Shown here piece after piece: positions 30,263 to 43,602 of a DNA stretch of 64,000 nt. This stretch comes from Eledone cirrhosa (Eukaryota), in contig OZ024748.1 of NCBI GenBank assembly GCA_964016885.1, forward strand, positions 47,802,001 to 47,866,000. The letters are read 5' to 3'. The position numbers were made by a program, and so were the translations under genes. Each line of letters starts with the position of its first letter. Positions within the stretch are counted from its first letter, which is position 1. The notes beneath the pieces were generated by a model, which ran no database searches, was not told the DNA's origin, and saw nothing but the letters and a program-made list of their open reading frames with translations.

Positions 30263-30870
30263 TGTCAGGTCACCAGTTGGTGCTACTGGTAACATGTATC
30301 CCAGTACAACCTGTCTCGTGGTCAGGTCGTTGGCGACTAAACTGGCAACCCCACCAAGGTTTCTTGGTGAGGAGGGGGACTTTGGACATCCTGCAGGACT
30401 AAAAACAAAACCTGTCAAAGGGCAAAGGTGCTCTTAAGAGTCAATGGCCATCCAAAATCACCGGGAGAGATGACCCTTAGCCTTTGTCAAGGCAGAATTC
30501 TAGGAGAAGGAAAACTCTGATATAACACCTGCAACCCTGATGGTATCCAATGATGTTGACTTGTTCTTCTTTTTGGTAAATATCATCTTGGTTAAGAGAG
30601 TGGGACTGGCTTTGTGCAGTGCCTTTGCTCACTATAAAAGCTTCACGGCATAGGCATTGCTTTATATCTGGAGATCTCTCTGCACTTGTCGTCACATGGT
30701 ACCATGGGCCCAGCACTATGTGTCAAAAATTGTCACAAGTGTAGTGTTTGTACCAGAGTTTTCAAGTCGCTGGCTGGACTAAAATGTCAAACACATTCAG
30801 CGCATCGGTAGGGGTTCTCCTACATGGATATAAAGTAGTGGCCGTACTCGAAAACGAGTTGGCAGCCACC
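30263..30870 (+). mobile_element. Second full copy of the ~610-bp repeat
   Basis: Reverse complement of 20227-20835; TA-repeat flanks. Confidence 0.75.
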
Positions 30871-30977
30871 ATATATATATATCTTGGAATTCTGTGTATT
30901 TTGTTTCTAACTAGAAAGTTTGGTGGCTGACATGTAGTATAGTAGAACACACACCACACACTCATTATATATATATA

Positions 30978-31057
<80 letters not shown>

Positions 31058-31069
31058 TGGATGAGCAGT

Positions 31070-31222
31070 GTAAATGTGCGTGAATGACCCAGCATAAATG
31101 TGTTGAGAGAGAAACTGTGTCTGAGAGGGATAGAATGTAGTGTACGGGAGAGGAGACTGAGGTGGTATGGACATATGATGCGCATGGAGGATGACCGATG
31201 GGTGATGAAGTGCCAGGAAATG
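31070..31222 (+). mobile_element. RTE-clade LINE C-terminal fragment
   Basis: LREKLCLRGIECSVRERRLRWYGHMMRMEDDRWVMKC. Confidence 0.7.
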
Positions 31223-31324
31223 CCAGAGTTGCAGGTGTTATATCAGAGTTTTCCTTCTCCTAGAATTCTGCCTTGACAAAGGCTAAGGGGTCATCCCTCC
31301 CGGTGATTTTGGATGGCCGTATAT

Positions 31325-31358
<34 letters not shown>

Positions 31359-31359
31359 C

Positions 31360-31405
<46 letters not shown>

Positions 31406-31408
31406 GTG

Positions 31409-31558
<150 letters not shown>

Positions 31559-31565
31559 CATATGA

Positions 31566-31621
<56 letters not shown>

Positions 31622-31944
31622 TTTTGTATATATATACACACACATATATGTGTATGGTTTGTGAGGTGTGGTGTGGTGTTGTGTGGTGTGATGTAGTGTA
31701 GTGTGGTGTGCTATGTGTGCTATGTGTGTGTGTGAGTGTGTATGGTGTGTGGTGTGTGTGTGTATGGTGTGTGGTGTGTGTGTGTATGGCGTGTGGTGTG
31801 TGTGTGTATGGTTTACCATAACAGAAGTCGGACGAGCTTTTGATTCCAGAGTCGGGCCTGTTCGATACAGATCGAACCTTGAGCTGATCAATCGCGAAAA
31901 GCGTGTCACACCTCAATAAACGTAATGAAGATCTAATACCTCGT

Positions 31945-32335
31945 CGTCTGACACCATGCTTTTTTGCATAGAGTTACGTCTCTTTACGGTCTGAGTTCAA
32001 ATCACGCCGAGGTTAACTTTGCCTTTCATCCTTACGGCGTCGATAAAATAAAGTACCAGTAATGCACTGGGGTCATTGCTGGCCTTGTGCCACATCTAGA
32101 AACAATTATTATTATTATTATACGTATACTAGAGGGTCGGACGCATGTCATCCAACTCTCTATTATCGGTAGAGGGTCGGACGCCATGCTTTGCAGCAAA
32201 GAGTTACGGTCCTTTATTGTCCGAGTTCAAATCCTGCCGAGGTTAACTTTGCCTTTCATCCTTACAAGGTCGATAAAATAAAATACCAGTAATACACTGG
32301 GATAATTGTTGGTAATGTGCCCAAAGTAGAAACAA
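31945..32335 (+). mobile_element. Two family M SINE copies
   Basis: Match to the family consensus. Confidence 0.75.
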
Positions 32336-32766
32336 ATATTATTTTTATAAGTATATAATAATATTGGGCTGCCTAACACTTTCCTTTCAGCAAATTGTAC
32401 ACAAAAGGCATTATGTTTTCCTATCCCCTTGAAATTGTTGACAATATTTGCAAAGTTAACCAGAATAGATAAACATTGCATTTAAATGGAAGTATGGTGA
32501 GAAACGGGTTAAACAAAACACGCCCACCAAATGGTAAAATAAAACATTTCTAAAACAAGACCAGATCACAACACGAGTTAACCAAAAATCCAAGATACTA
32601 AACCGAGAAATCGAAATATTTCTAAATCAACAAAAAATTGGTGACAATAAAATATGCTGAGATATACATTTTACAGAGAGAAAATGATTTTATATATATA
32701 TATATATATATTGTTATATTTGGGGAAGGTCATGTTATAATAATTATATATATATATATAATTATT

Positions 32767-32802
<36 letters not shown>

Positions 32803-32805
<3 letters not shown>

Positions 32806-32944
32806 GGAAAATGTTCAAGACCACGACGGCAGGGCTCAAGCCGTCGGGGTCTTGAACATTTTCCTATTACCCATTCTACTACCCTAAGTATTGAGTACTC
32901 TGGTGTGTTATGGTCCATCTGGTTCCTTACAACACCCCCTTCGT

Positions 32945-32946
<2 letters not shown>
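32803..32946 (+). mobile_element. Family A PLE-like element folded back within ribozyme stem III
   Basis: ATAGGAAAATGTTCAAGACCACGACGGC..GCCGTCGGGGTCTTGAACATTTTCCTAT plus tail; (TA)n flanks. Confidence 0.75.
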
Positions 32947-32976
<30 letters not shown>

Positions 32977-33435
32977 ACATATATATACATATATACATAT
33001 ACACACACAGGAGCGCGCGCTTGTGTTTACATTGGAAAATATATGAAAAACACCAAGTATGTTTATTGCTTCATAAAAAGCTACATATTTAATTCAACTG
33101 CAAAAACAGTATACACACTAAATACATTTTTAAATGCAAACACTAAAGAATAAAATACAATATTTAAAAGAACCACCTCCACTCACAGAATGGCATCTCA
33201 GTGCCAACATCTCAAACTTACCATTTTATATCTCTGAAGAAAAATAATCAATATTTATAGAACTATAGAAGTTAACTGTTAAAAAAATAAAAATCAAATA
33301 TTTTGAATATAAATATTTTAAATTGCGGCATATAAATATTTTATATCTACGAGTATGTATACATATATATATGTGTACATATATATGCATGCATATGTGT
33401 GTGTGTGTGTGTGTATACATATATATGCATGCATG

Positions 33436-33475
<40 letters not shown>

Positions 33476-33503
33476 TATGTACATATATATGCATGCATGT
33501 GTG

Positions 33504-33535
<32 letters not shown>

Positions 33536-33881
33536 CGTGTGTGTGTATGGGTATATATATATATATATATATATACATGTGGGTATTCGTGTATATATAC
33601 ACGTGTGTGTATATATGCATATATTTATATATATAAGATATATACACATATTTAGAGAAAGAGATGCATATATACAAACATGCATCTGTGTATATATATA
33701 TGTGTGTATGTGTGCGTGTGCATGTTTGTATATATATGGATCTATTTCTCTAAATTGTGTGTGTATGTGTGTGTGTGTGTGTGTGTGTAGTGTCTGTATA
33801 TGTGTGTGTGTGTGTGATGTACGTTGTGACTCATTTAGTTTTGTATTGTGTTTAGTTAAGACAACTGAAGTAGCAGAAATA

Positions 33882-34068
33882 ATTGTTTCTACGTTTGGCA
33901 CAAGGCCAGCAATTACCCAATGCATTACTGGTACTTTATTTTATCGACCCCGTAAGGATGAAAGGCAAAGTCAACCTCGGCGGGATTTGAACCCAGATCG
34001 TAAAGGGACGTAACTATGCTGGAAAGTATGGGGTCCGACCCTCTACTGATACTGCCAATCTACCGCCC
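33882..34068 (-). mobile_element. Full-length family M SINE with TSD
   Basis: TGAAGTAGCAGAAATAAT duplicated on both sides. Confidence 0.85.
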
Positions 34069-34595
34069 TTGAAGTAGCAGAAATAATGCGACTCCTTGTA
34101 AAAGTGTTATTTTGTGAAGAAATATCACAGTTAGCGTTAAACTGTTTTAACACTTACTGTGTGCTCAGTAATTCATCAATATTTCTGGTGTTGGTGTTGT
34201 GGTGCGATGTAATACACAGGGGAAAGCTTGGTATAGTATATACACGGTTGTTATACATATAGTGTGTGTATATTATAAAGAAACATTAACACTATGTTGA
34301 ATAGTTTCATATATCATCATCATCATCGTCATCACCATTTTACGTCCATTGTTCCACGCCAGCATGGCTTAGGCAAGTTGTCCGGTTATGGGCAATGCAA
34401 GGTCAGGTGACAATGTCCTGTTCATACAGAACTGATTTTGGCTTCGTTTCTACTGCTGGATACCCTTCCTAACGCCAACCTCATTTACACTGTATACTAG
34501 GTTCTTTTTGCCGTGACACCTACACGAACACTTTACAGAGTGGACTGGGTGTTTTTTGTCGTGACACCTATACGACCACTTCATATATATATATA

Positions 34596-35677
34596 CAGTG
34601 GCGGGCTGACCAGGTTGCCAGGATGCCCAATGGCAAATGGGCCTCAGAGGTCCCAGGGTAGCATTGCGAGAGCCCACAGTAGCATTGCAGAGCCCACTGT
34701 AGTATTTTAGGGGCCAATGCTTTGCTTTCAAAAAATACCTGAAATCAAAGAGAAAGAATAAAATTGTGTCAACCAATTCCCCGGAGAATTACTAGAAACC
34801 AAAATATAGTGTAAATAGCTGGAATCAGTGGTTGGACAGAGGAGGGGTGAAATGGAGTGGAACAGAAATGAAACATGGATTACAGGTTAAAATATAGTCT
34901 AGATAGCTGTGAAACAAAACGAGGATGTAATTTATGGAACATCCAAATCATTTAGAAGTCGACCTTAAGTAGGAGCAATAACATTAAGAAAGACATGAAC
35001 GACACCACAACACATTGTTTTGAAAATGTTGAAAGTAGGTTTATAAGTATCAATTTTCATAAGTTTTTTTTTAGTTGTCTCTGTGGCCTAGTGGTGGAGA
35101 TCCTGGCCTTGGGTGGTCTAGAGACGGTGGAGATCCTGGCCTTGGGTGGTCTAGAGACGGTGGAGATCCTGGCCTTGGGTTCAATCCTGGTCAAGAGGTA
35201 CATGTAACCTTTTTCGGTTTTGATTTTACAACCAATAGAAAAAAAACTGAAAAGGTTGACCCAGAACCCTACTCCCGACCAGGATTGAACTTCAGACCGG
35301 GATCCCCACTACCTATGATTCCTCCAACTTGGCCACCGAGACAGCTACAAAAGTTTAATGGAAATTGATAATTATAAACCTACTTTCAAAATCAAAGTTA
35401 CAAATATGTGCTGTGGTTCATGGCTTTCCTAGAGCTATTAGTAATATTTAGGGTCGACTTCTGGTCATTATTGAAAGTCTCTGGATTTCGTAAAATACAT
35501 ATTTTTTATTGGAGAAGGTAAGATATTATCCCGCAAAAATTTAATTGCACTGTTTTGTTTCCACTTATGTATTTTTCGAAAATGTTATTTATTCATTATA
35601 AAAATTAAATGATAGCATTCTATATGTAGGGGGCCCCCCTTCATCTCTTGGCAACCAATATTTTTACTTCACCATTG
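34596..35677. mobile_element. Old hAT-like non-autonomous element containing an internal inverted repeat with tRNA-like heads
   Basis: Termini CAGTGGCGG..GGTTGCCA / TGGCAACC..CACCATTG with TATATATA flanks; inner arms ~34925-35195 / ~35270-35500. Confidence 0.4.
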
Positions 35678-35854
35678 TATATATAAAAGAGTTTAGATGA
35701 GTTGACATTACGACCATATAAAAGCAAAGAAAATTTAAAGCTCAGTGCGATTTTATAGTCCGTAGACAGATAGGTAAGACAGAGTTCAGAGTTTAATCAA
35801 ATCGGTAAATTTCCAATCACAGTAATTTTACAATATAACAGAGCATATATAAAA

Positions 35855-36454
35855 CAGATTAACGAGGATTTAAATTAAATCATTTAATTGATTTACAACT
35901 ATTTCATTAGAATAACTGGAACATTTCATTCCGCTTATAATAAGCTGATCAGAGTCGATTCTGTACATAAAATAGTTACCGTAACACGTCCATAAAATTT
36001 AGAGAAAGAGCGAAAAGTATAAACAATAACAATTCAAATATTATTATATGTTTATGGAAGCCTAAAAACGGAATTAAAATATATCAGTGATAAGAAAAAT
36101 ATAACGTTCAGTAACTAAAGATATACGAACTATCATCACTGATACACATATACTACACACTAAAATCGAGTTTTATGTATACAATTAAAACATATAAGTT
36201 CACTTACACTTATTAATTGAAGTTATAAAATGAATATCAATAGAATATATTAGAAAAAACAATACAAATTTATGGAAGCATAATCAGTATCGCTATAATA
36301 AAGTGAATATTTAGTTACAAAGAAACTTATAACTTAATATGTATTACCAGAGGCACACACATATATATATATATATACACACACATATATATATACACAC
36401 ACATATATATACACACACATATACACACACACACACATATATATACACACACAC

Positions 36455-36497
<43 letters not shown>

Positions 36498-36549
36498 TAT
36501 ATATACACACACATATACACACATATACACACACATATACACACACACA

Positions 36550-36587
<38 letters not shown>

Positions 36588-37520
36588 TCACACACAAATA
36601 TACAATATACAAATGTGTGTGAGCATATACTTTCATATCTACATGCAGACATGATTACATACACACACATTTACATATACAGACGTGAATGCACACATAC
36701 ACACATATACTTAACTAAAATATATACACACATTCAGAAATATAATTAACATTTCTGTTCATCAAATACAGAAGTCTAAGACGGGTAAGAAATAGAACAA
36801 AAATCCATAAGGCAGTTTAAAGGCAGAGTATAAAGGATATATGAAACTACTATTCAAGGTGTAGCTCGGACATCAGAGAGTCACTCCAGGTAGAGCCACT
36901 ACATCTTCGAATTGAGTGGTCACAGCTCCGATACTATGGGCATGTGGTTAGAATGTCTCAGGAAAGAATTGCTGGAGAGTCACTCCAGGTAGAGCTGTTA
37001 CTTCTTCGAATTGAGAGGTCACAGTTCCGATACTATGGGCATGTGGTTAGAATGTCTCAGGAAAGAATCGCTGGAGAGTCACTCCAGGTAGAGCTGCTAC
37101 TTCTTCGAATTGAGAGGTCACAGTTCCGATACTATGGGCATGTGGTTAGAATGTCTCAGGAAAGAATCACTGGACAGATTTTACGAGCAAAACCCAGGGT
37201 TAGACCCCGAACAAGATGGTTGGATAACATCTATGAGCTTGGGCTGGTCACGCTCGGGGATCAAGCCGGATAAGTTGGAGACGATTGCTTCTGACAGGAG
37301 CCGCTGGATGGAGTGTTTGAGGATTCTGCCTCGACAACCCTCTCAGAAATAAGTCAAAGAAGAAGAGGAAGAAATTGTTTATAGCTTCTCGCTCTTTTAC
37401 TAAAATTATATATATTTAATCGATTCTGATTAAATACATCTAAATAATAGAAATATACAATTTAGACTAACGGAGCGGCCGTAAATCAAATGATTTAATT
37501 TAAATCCTTGTTAATCTTTA
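35855..37520. mobile_element. Old element with ~170-bp imperfect inverted arms (35855-36030 / 37373-37520)
   Basis: GATTAACGAGGATTTAAATTAAATCATTT versus AAATGATTTAATTTAAATCCTTGTTAATC, plus further colinear blocks. Confidence 0.6.
36858..37375 (+). mobile_element. RTE-clade LINE 3' end with 3 x 99-bp in-frame duplication
   Basis: ESLQVELLLLRIERSQFRYYGHVVRMSQERI..RPRTRWLDNI..DRSRW; GAA-rich tail. Confidence 0.8.
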
Positions 37521-37624
37521 TTCTTTATAGATATGTATATGTGTGTGTATATATATGCGTCTCAGTATATATGTTTGTATATATATCATATATATGCATC
37601 TATATAAATATATGTATATATCTT

Positions 37625-37912
37625 AAGTATGGCCATTTGTTATCCGGTAAGGGTACTTAGACTCATGTCCAGATGAAGATGATTCTTCTGAGTATCCAGC
37701 ATCATTTGGTATCGATGCCTCCCAGACTGGCAAGAAGTGATAGTTTAATGTGACAGGGTGGTTGGTCCACTCATTCTCGAGCATTGAGATTAACATTTTG
37801 ACTGATGGTGTGTCAACTGTTTCTTGTTTGAGGTTGTTCTAGTGCTTGATCAAACGTACAGAAAAGAAGCGGTTCCTAGGACTTGGTTTGTGTTGCACCT
37901 GGAGTTTCGTGC
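37625..37912 (-). mobile_element. CR1-clade LINE 3' fragment
   Basis: Minus strand RNRFFSVRLIKH*NNLKQETVDTPSVKMLISMLENEW resembles the CR1 FFSxRVVxxWNxL..SVxxFKxxLD motif. Confidence 0.65.
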
Positions 37913-37919
37913 ATATAAT

Positions 37920-38125
37920 GGTTTCTTTTATAGACACAAGGTCAGCAATTTGGGAGGAGGGTAAAGTCGACAAGATCGACCCCAGTGTGTGACTGATACT
38001 TTATTTTATCAAACCCTTAAGGATGAAATCAAAGTTACCTCGGTGGAATTTGAACTTAGATTATAAAGCGCCGTAACTCTATGCTGCAAAGCATGGCGTC
38101 CGACCCTCTACCGATACTGCCAATA
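37920..38125 (-). mobile_element. Family M SINE
   Basis: Match to consensus. Confidence 0.75.
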
Positions 38126-38414
38126 TATAATAATATGTATATATCGACAATGTAGCCGCAATATGATTCAATCGAATTGTTTGAGGCAGTGACAAAGTTC
38201 TCAATGATTCGAAAATGTGATACATTTTCGTCTAGAGTGAGTACAAAAATAAAGTGTGACACCAAGAAAAGCCACCAAATAGCAAACAAATATTGCCAAA
38301 CTTACACCACAACTAGGGTAAATAGAAACAGGTTCACTACTAACCTATATATAAGCTTTTCTTAATTAGAGTTGAACAGGAAAGTAGTTTATTAAATTGT
38401 GTAAATTTACAGTT

Positions 38415-40098
38415 GAATAACATTACGAATATGTGTTTTAAATATATACATAAATAACATTACAAATATGTTTTAAATATATAGATAAATAACATTACAA
38501 ATATGTTTTAAATATATAGATAAATAACATTACAAATATGTTTTAAATATATACATAAATAACATTACAAATATGTTTTAAATATATAGATAAATAACAT
38601 TACAAATATGTTTTAAATATATACATAAATAACATTACAAATATGTTTTAAATATATACATAAATAACATTACAAATATGTTTTAAATATATAGATAAAT
38701 AACATTACAAATATGTTTTAAATATATACATAAATAACATTACAAATATGTTTTAAATATATAGATAAATAACATTACAAATATGTTTTAAATATATACA
38801 TAAATAACATTACAAATAAGTTTTAAATATATAGATAAATAACATTACAAATATGTTTTAAATATATACATAAATAACATTACAAATATGTTTTAAATAT
38901 ATAGTTAAATAACATTACAAATATGTTTTAAATATATACATAAATAACATTACAAATATGTTTTAAATATATAGATAAATAACATTACAAATATGTTTTA
39001 AATATATACATAAATAACATTACAAATATGTTTTAAATATATACATAAATAACATTACAAATATGTTTTAAATATATAGATAAATAACATTACAAATATG
39101 TTTTAAATATATACATAAATAACATTACAAATATGTTTTAAATATATAGATAAATAACATTACAAATATGTTTTAAATATATACATAAATAACATTACAA
39201 ATAAGTTTTAAATATATAGATAAATAACATTACAAATATGTTTTAAATATATACATAAATAACATTACAAATATGTTTTAAATATATAGTTAAATAACAT
39301 TACAAATATGTTTTAAATATATACATAAATAACATTACAAATATGTTTTAAATATATACATAGATAACATTACAAATATGTTTTAAATATATACATAAAT
39401 AACATTACAAATATGTTTTAAATATATAGATAAATAACATTACAAATATGTTTTAAATATATAGATAAATAACATTACAAATATGTTTTAAATATATAGA
39501 TAAATAACATTACAAATATGTTTTAAATATATACATAAATAACATTACAAATATGTTTTAAATATATACATAAATAACATTACAAATATGTTTTAAATAT
39601 ATACATAAATAACATTACAAATATGTTTTAAATATATAGATAAATAACATTACAAATATGTTTTAAATATATACATAAATAACATTACAAATATGTTTTA
39701 AATATATACATAAATAACATTACAAATATGTTTTAAATATATAGATAAATAACATTACAAATATGCTTTAAATATATAGATAAATAACATTACAAATATG
39801 TTTTAAATATATAGATAAATAACATTACAAATATGTTTTAAATATATACATAAATAACATTACAAATATGTTTTAAATATATAGATAAATAACATTACAA
39901 ATATGTTTTAAATATATAGATAAATAACATTACAAATATGTTTTAAATATATACATAAATAACATTACAAATATGTTTTAAATATATACATAAATAACAT
40001 TACAAATATGTTTTAAATATATACATAAATAACATTACAAATATGTTTTAAATATTTACATAAATAACATTACAAATATATTTTAAATATATAAATAA
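38415..40098. repeat. 35-bp minisatellite, about 48 copies
   Basis: Unit TAAATAACATTACAAATATGTTTTAAATATATA(C/G)A. Confidence 0.97.
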
Positions 40099-40099
40099 A

Positions 40100-40307
40100 C
40101 GGTTTCTTATATAGGCATAAGGCTAGCAATTTAAGGGGGGGGGAGTCGATTAAATCGACCCAGTGCATTACTAGTACTTTATTTTATCGACCATGTAAGG
40201 ATGAAAGATAAAGTTAACCTCGGCGGTATTTGAACTCAGATCATAAGGGGCCGTAACTCTATGCTGCAAGGCATGGCGTCCGACCCTCTACCGATACTGC
40301 CAATTCA
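40100..40307 (-). mobile_element. Family M SINE at the end of the minisatellite
   Basis: Flanked by ATATAAATAA on both sides. Confidence 0.8.
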
Positions 40308-40802
40308 CATATATAAATAACATTATAAATTGCTCGCAATTCGTTCAGAAGAACATTACAAATACAATGACTAAACCGTGTATAAAAATATAATAATATA
40401 ATTCATTGAACAATAATGATAAGGGAAAGAAAAAAAGGGGGCGGGAGCAATTCATCACCACGTGTGATATATAGGAAATTTTTTTTTTTTTTTCACAAAG
40501 TTAGAAATGTAAGGAAAAGAATTTGAAAATACACTCGGAGCTTTGAGGAAGAATTATTTACATTACCTTTCAAGATTAAGTTTCAAGATTTTTGACAATT
40601 TTCAGGATTTAAGTGACAAGGAGAGACATGAAACTTTGCTGTAGTTGGAAACTCTATGGATTCAACATGGCGTGCATATTTTATATATCTGTTTAACGTA
40701 CAATTTGATTAGACAACGATGATCTCGTGATTAGGTACAGAATTGTGTTGATTCTTTGTTAGGTCATTCATGCATTCCGAAATATCAAGACTTGGTAAAT
40801 AT

Positions 40803-40990
40803 AATTGTTTCTACTTTAGGCACAAGGCTAGCAATTACCCAGTGCATTACTGGTACTTTATTTTATCGACCCCGTAAGGATGAAAGGCAAAGTCAACCTC
40901 GGCGGGATTTGAACTCAGATCGTAAAGGGACGTAACTATGCTGGAAAGCATGGCGTCCGACCCTCTACCGATACTGCCAATCCACCGCCC
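40803..40990 (-). mobile_element. Full-length family M SINE with TSD
   Basis: AGACTTGGTAAATATA duplicated on both sides. Confidence 0.85.
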
Positions 40991-41051
40991 TTAGACTTGG
41001 TAAATATAATATTTTGTGGCAGAATGAACAAGATCTTTATGAATGTAAGAA

Positions 41052-41640
41052 TGGTTTCCTATATAGGCACAAGACCAGCAATTGGGGGGGGGTCAATTAA
41101 ATCGACCCCAATGCGTGACTGGTACTTTATTTTATGGACCCCATCAGGATGACAGGCAAAGTTAACCACGGCGGGATTTGAACTCAGATCATAAAGGGCC
41201 ATAACTCTATGCTGCAAAGCATGGCGTCCGACCCTCTACCGATACTGCCAATCCACCGCCCATTGTAGGAATAAAGTTTGCTCTCTACTACATCCATGAG
41301 TTAGTGACATATGAGGAAAAAGTCATCATTGTGTCCAAAGTTGAGGTTGTTGGTTGCGTAACTTCAGTATGTCAAATGGCAGAAAGAACAAGAATTGTTT
41401 GTGTGTGCGTGTGTGTAGTTGTCAGTGAATGTCGTAGTGTGTATTGATGTCACACTTGGTGAGGGCAGTGGATTGGCAGTATAGAGTTACGGCCCTTTAC
41501 AGTTAGAGTTCAAATCCCACTGAGGTTAACTTTGCCTTTCATACTTACGGGGTCGATAAAATAAAGCTCCAGTAACGTACTGAGGTCGATTTAATTGACT
41601 TTCCCCTCCTCCAAAATTGCTGGCCTTGTGCCTATGAAAG
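41052..41640. mobile_element. Two family M SINEs (41052-41262 minus; 41463-41640 plus)
   Basis: Match to consensus. Confidence 0.75.
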
Positions 41641-41751
41641 AAATCATTATTGTCGCATATACGAATATAGGGAGGTTTGGGTTGTGTAATATGTTGTCGA
41701 ACAATATTTGAGAGATAATATATATATATATATATATACACATCATCAACA

Positions 41752-42090
41752 TCATCATTTCATTTTACGTCTGCTTCTTCCCTGCTTGCAAGGGTGGGAC
41801 GGGAACTGATGCTGGCTTGATTTCTACAGCTGGATGCCCTTCCTAACACCTACCTCATTTACAGTGAGTGCTGTGTGCTTTTTTGCCGTGGCACCTCCAT
41901 GACCACTTTGCAGTGGAATGATAGGGACCCAAGTCCCTATCATCTCATTTCTACAGCTGAGTAAACTGGAGCAATGTGAAATAAAGTGTCTTGCTCAAGG
42001 AAACAACACATCACCCGGTCTGAGAATTGAACTCACAACCTTTCGATGTGCAAGCCCAATGTTCTAACCACTAAGCCATGTGCCTCCATA
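41752..42090 (-). mobile_element. Full-length CORE-type SINE
   Basis: GGAGGCACATGGCTTAGTGGTTAGAA..GAGTTCAATTC head on minus, CORE-like body. Confidence 0.85.
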
Positions 42091-42104
42091 TATGTATAAT
42101 ATAT

Positions 42105-42460
42105 AATTGGTGTTGGATGCTTAAAGCGTCCATATGCGGTAGGCCGTATGAGCACTCGATACCCTCGTAGAGCAGAGTATGATATCACAGAAAAAAAGAG
42201 AATCATGTTGCGACGAAGGGAATTTATTGGACATATTACAATTGTTCCTCGAGCGACCAGGTCGAGGCACGATCGATGTGGTGATCGAACCTGACTCTGA
42301 AATCGCGTGGTCCTCGGATACGTCTTGGATATTCTCGATTTCAGAGTCAGGTTTGATCACCACATCGATCGTGCCTCGAACTGGTCGCCCGAGGAACAAT
42401 TGTAATATGTCCAATAAATTCCCTTCGTCACAACACTGATTCTCTTTTTTCTGTAATAAT
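42105..42460 (-). mobile_element. Family B PLE-like foldback: ~120-bp arms (~42188-42305 / ~42336-42453) plus tail
   Basis: Arms are reverse complements with few mismatches; sense strand has GGAACAATTGTA, AATAAA and an ACTC..GAGTGCT tail. Confidence 0.75.
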
Positions 42461-42481
42461 AATATATATATATATGTATAT

Positions 42482-42672
42482 AAAACAAAGAAAGTGTGGT
42501 AAGGAACCAGGTGGACCATAACACACCAGAGTACTCGATACTTTGGGTAGTAGAGTGGGTAATAGGAAAAGAGTCAGGACCCCAACGGCTGAACTCCGGC
42601 CATTTCGACAGCTCAGAACTAGCTCTCCAAACAACCGGAGCTCAGCCGTCGGGCTTCTGACTCTCTCCTACA
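42482..42672 (-). mobile_element. Family A PLE-like element, imperfect foldback
   Basis: Homologous to 672-860. Confidence 0.7.
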
Positions 42673-42678
42673 TATATA

Positions 42679-42715
<37 letters not shown>

Positions 42716-42720
<5 letters not shown>

Positions 42721-42920
42721 AAAATGTTTAACCCCGACGGCAGAGCTCAAGCCATTTCGATGGCTATTTCTGGACTCAGGAGTCCAGAAATAGCCGTCGA
42801 AACGGCTTGAGCTGTGCCGTCGGGGTTAAACATTTTCCTATTACTCACTCTACTACCCTAAGTATTGAGTACTCTGGTGCGTTATGGTCCATCCTGTTCT
42901 TTACCACACCTCCTTCGTTA
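42716..42920 (+). mobile_element. Family A PLE-like element, palindrome 42716-42841
   Basis: Centre GGACTC-AG-GAGTCC; (TA)n flanks. Confidence 0.8.
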
Positions 42921-43185
42921 TATATATATATATATATATATATAACACCGTATGGCATAAATTCAGGCTGTTCAGTTTGTTGACAAACGAACAAAGCGGC
43001 GCTTTAATAAGCGTCCGCTAAACTGATGCGTGCATATATGTATGTGTACCTGTATATATATATATATATGCATGCTACTGTACGTATGTATACATATATG
43101 TATGTACGTATACATACATACTTACATTTAAGTAAGTGCCATACTAAGAGTGAGAAATGAAATTTCGTTTTCATTTTTTTTTCAA

Positions 43186-43221
<36 letters not shown>

Positions 43222-43396
43222 GTGTGTATTACGAACAAACCTTACAACAGTTTTAAGACGCTGTGTGTTATGTAATTCATAAAAATTACATTTGTTGCAG
43301 TTGTGTGGTGTAGTATTCGGTGGGAAGGGGCTGGATGAACAATATGTGAGGTGTAAAACTCCATAAAATATATAACTGTCACACACATACACACAT

Positions 43397-43471
<75 letters not shown>

Positions 43472-43561
43472 AGCCTGATGATTCAGCTGAATAAATCTAC
43501 AATTGCAAAAAGGAAGCTTTGTCATAAACAGTAAGTTTCACATATATATATACACATAAAC

Positions 43562-43602
<41 letters not shown>

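Noticed and set aside
31812-31950. GC-richer island as a coding exon
   Set aside because: A minus-strand donor-like site exists, but the acceptor is weak and the peptide is unrecognisable.
38415-40098. CRISPR-like array (35-bp repeats)
   Set aside because: Units are head-to-tail with no spacers, no cas genes, eukaryotic context.
42015-42090. tRNA genes at SINE heads
   Set aside because: Boxes A and B are present but continue into SINE bodies without a proper cloverleaf.
42121-42519. Similar ORFs on both strands (CCDEGNLLDILQLFL)
   Set aside because: A consequence of the palindrome, not a protein.
42945-43030. CpG-rich island as an exon
   Set aside because: Stops in the minus-strand frames examined and no convincing splice pair.
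43472-43510. Hammerhead at CTGATGA-TTCAGCTGAA-TAAA
   Set aside because: GAAA and stems I and III are not recoverable; similar partial hits at ~10330-10395, ~19200, ~19735 and ~49485 were also left uncalled.
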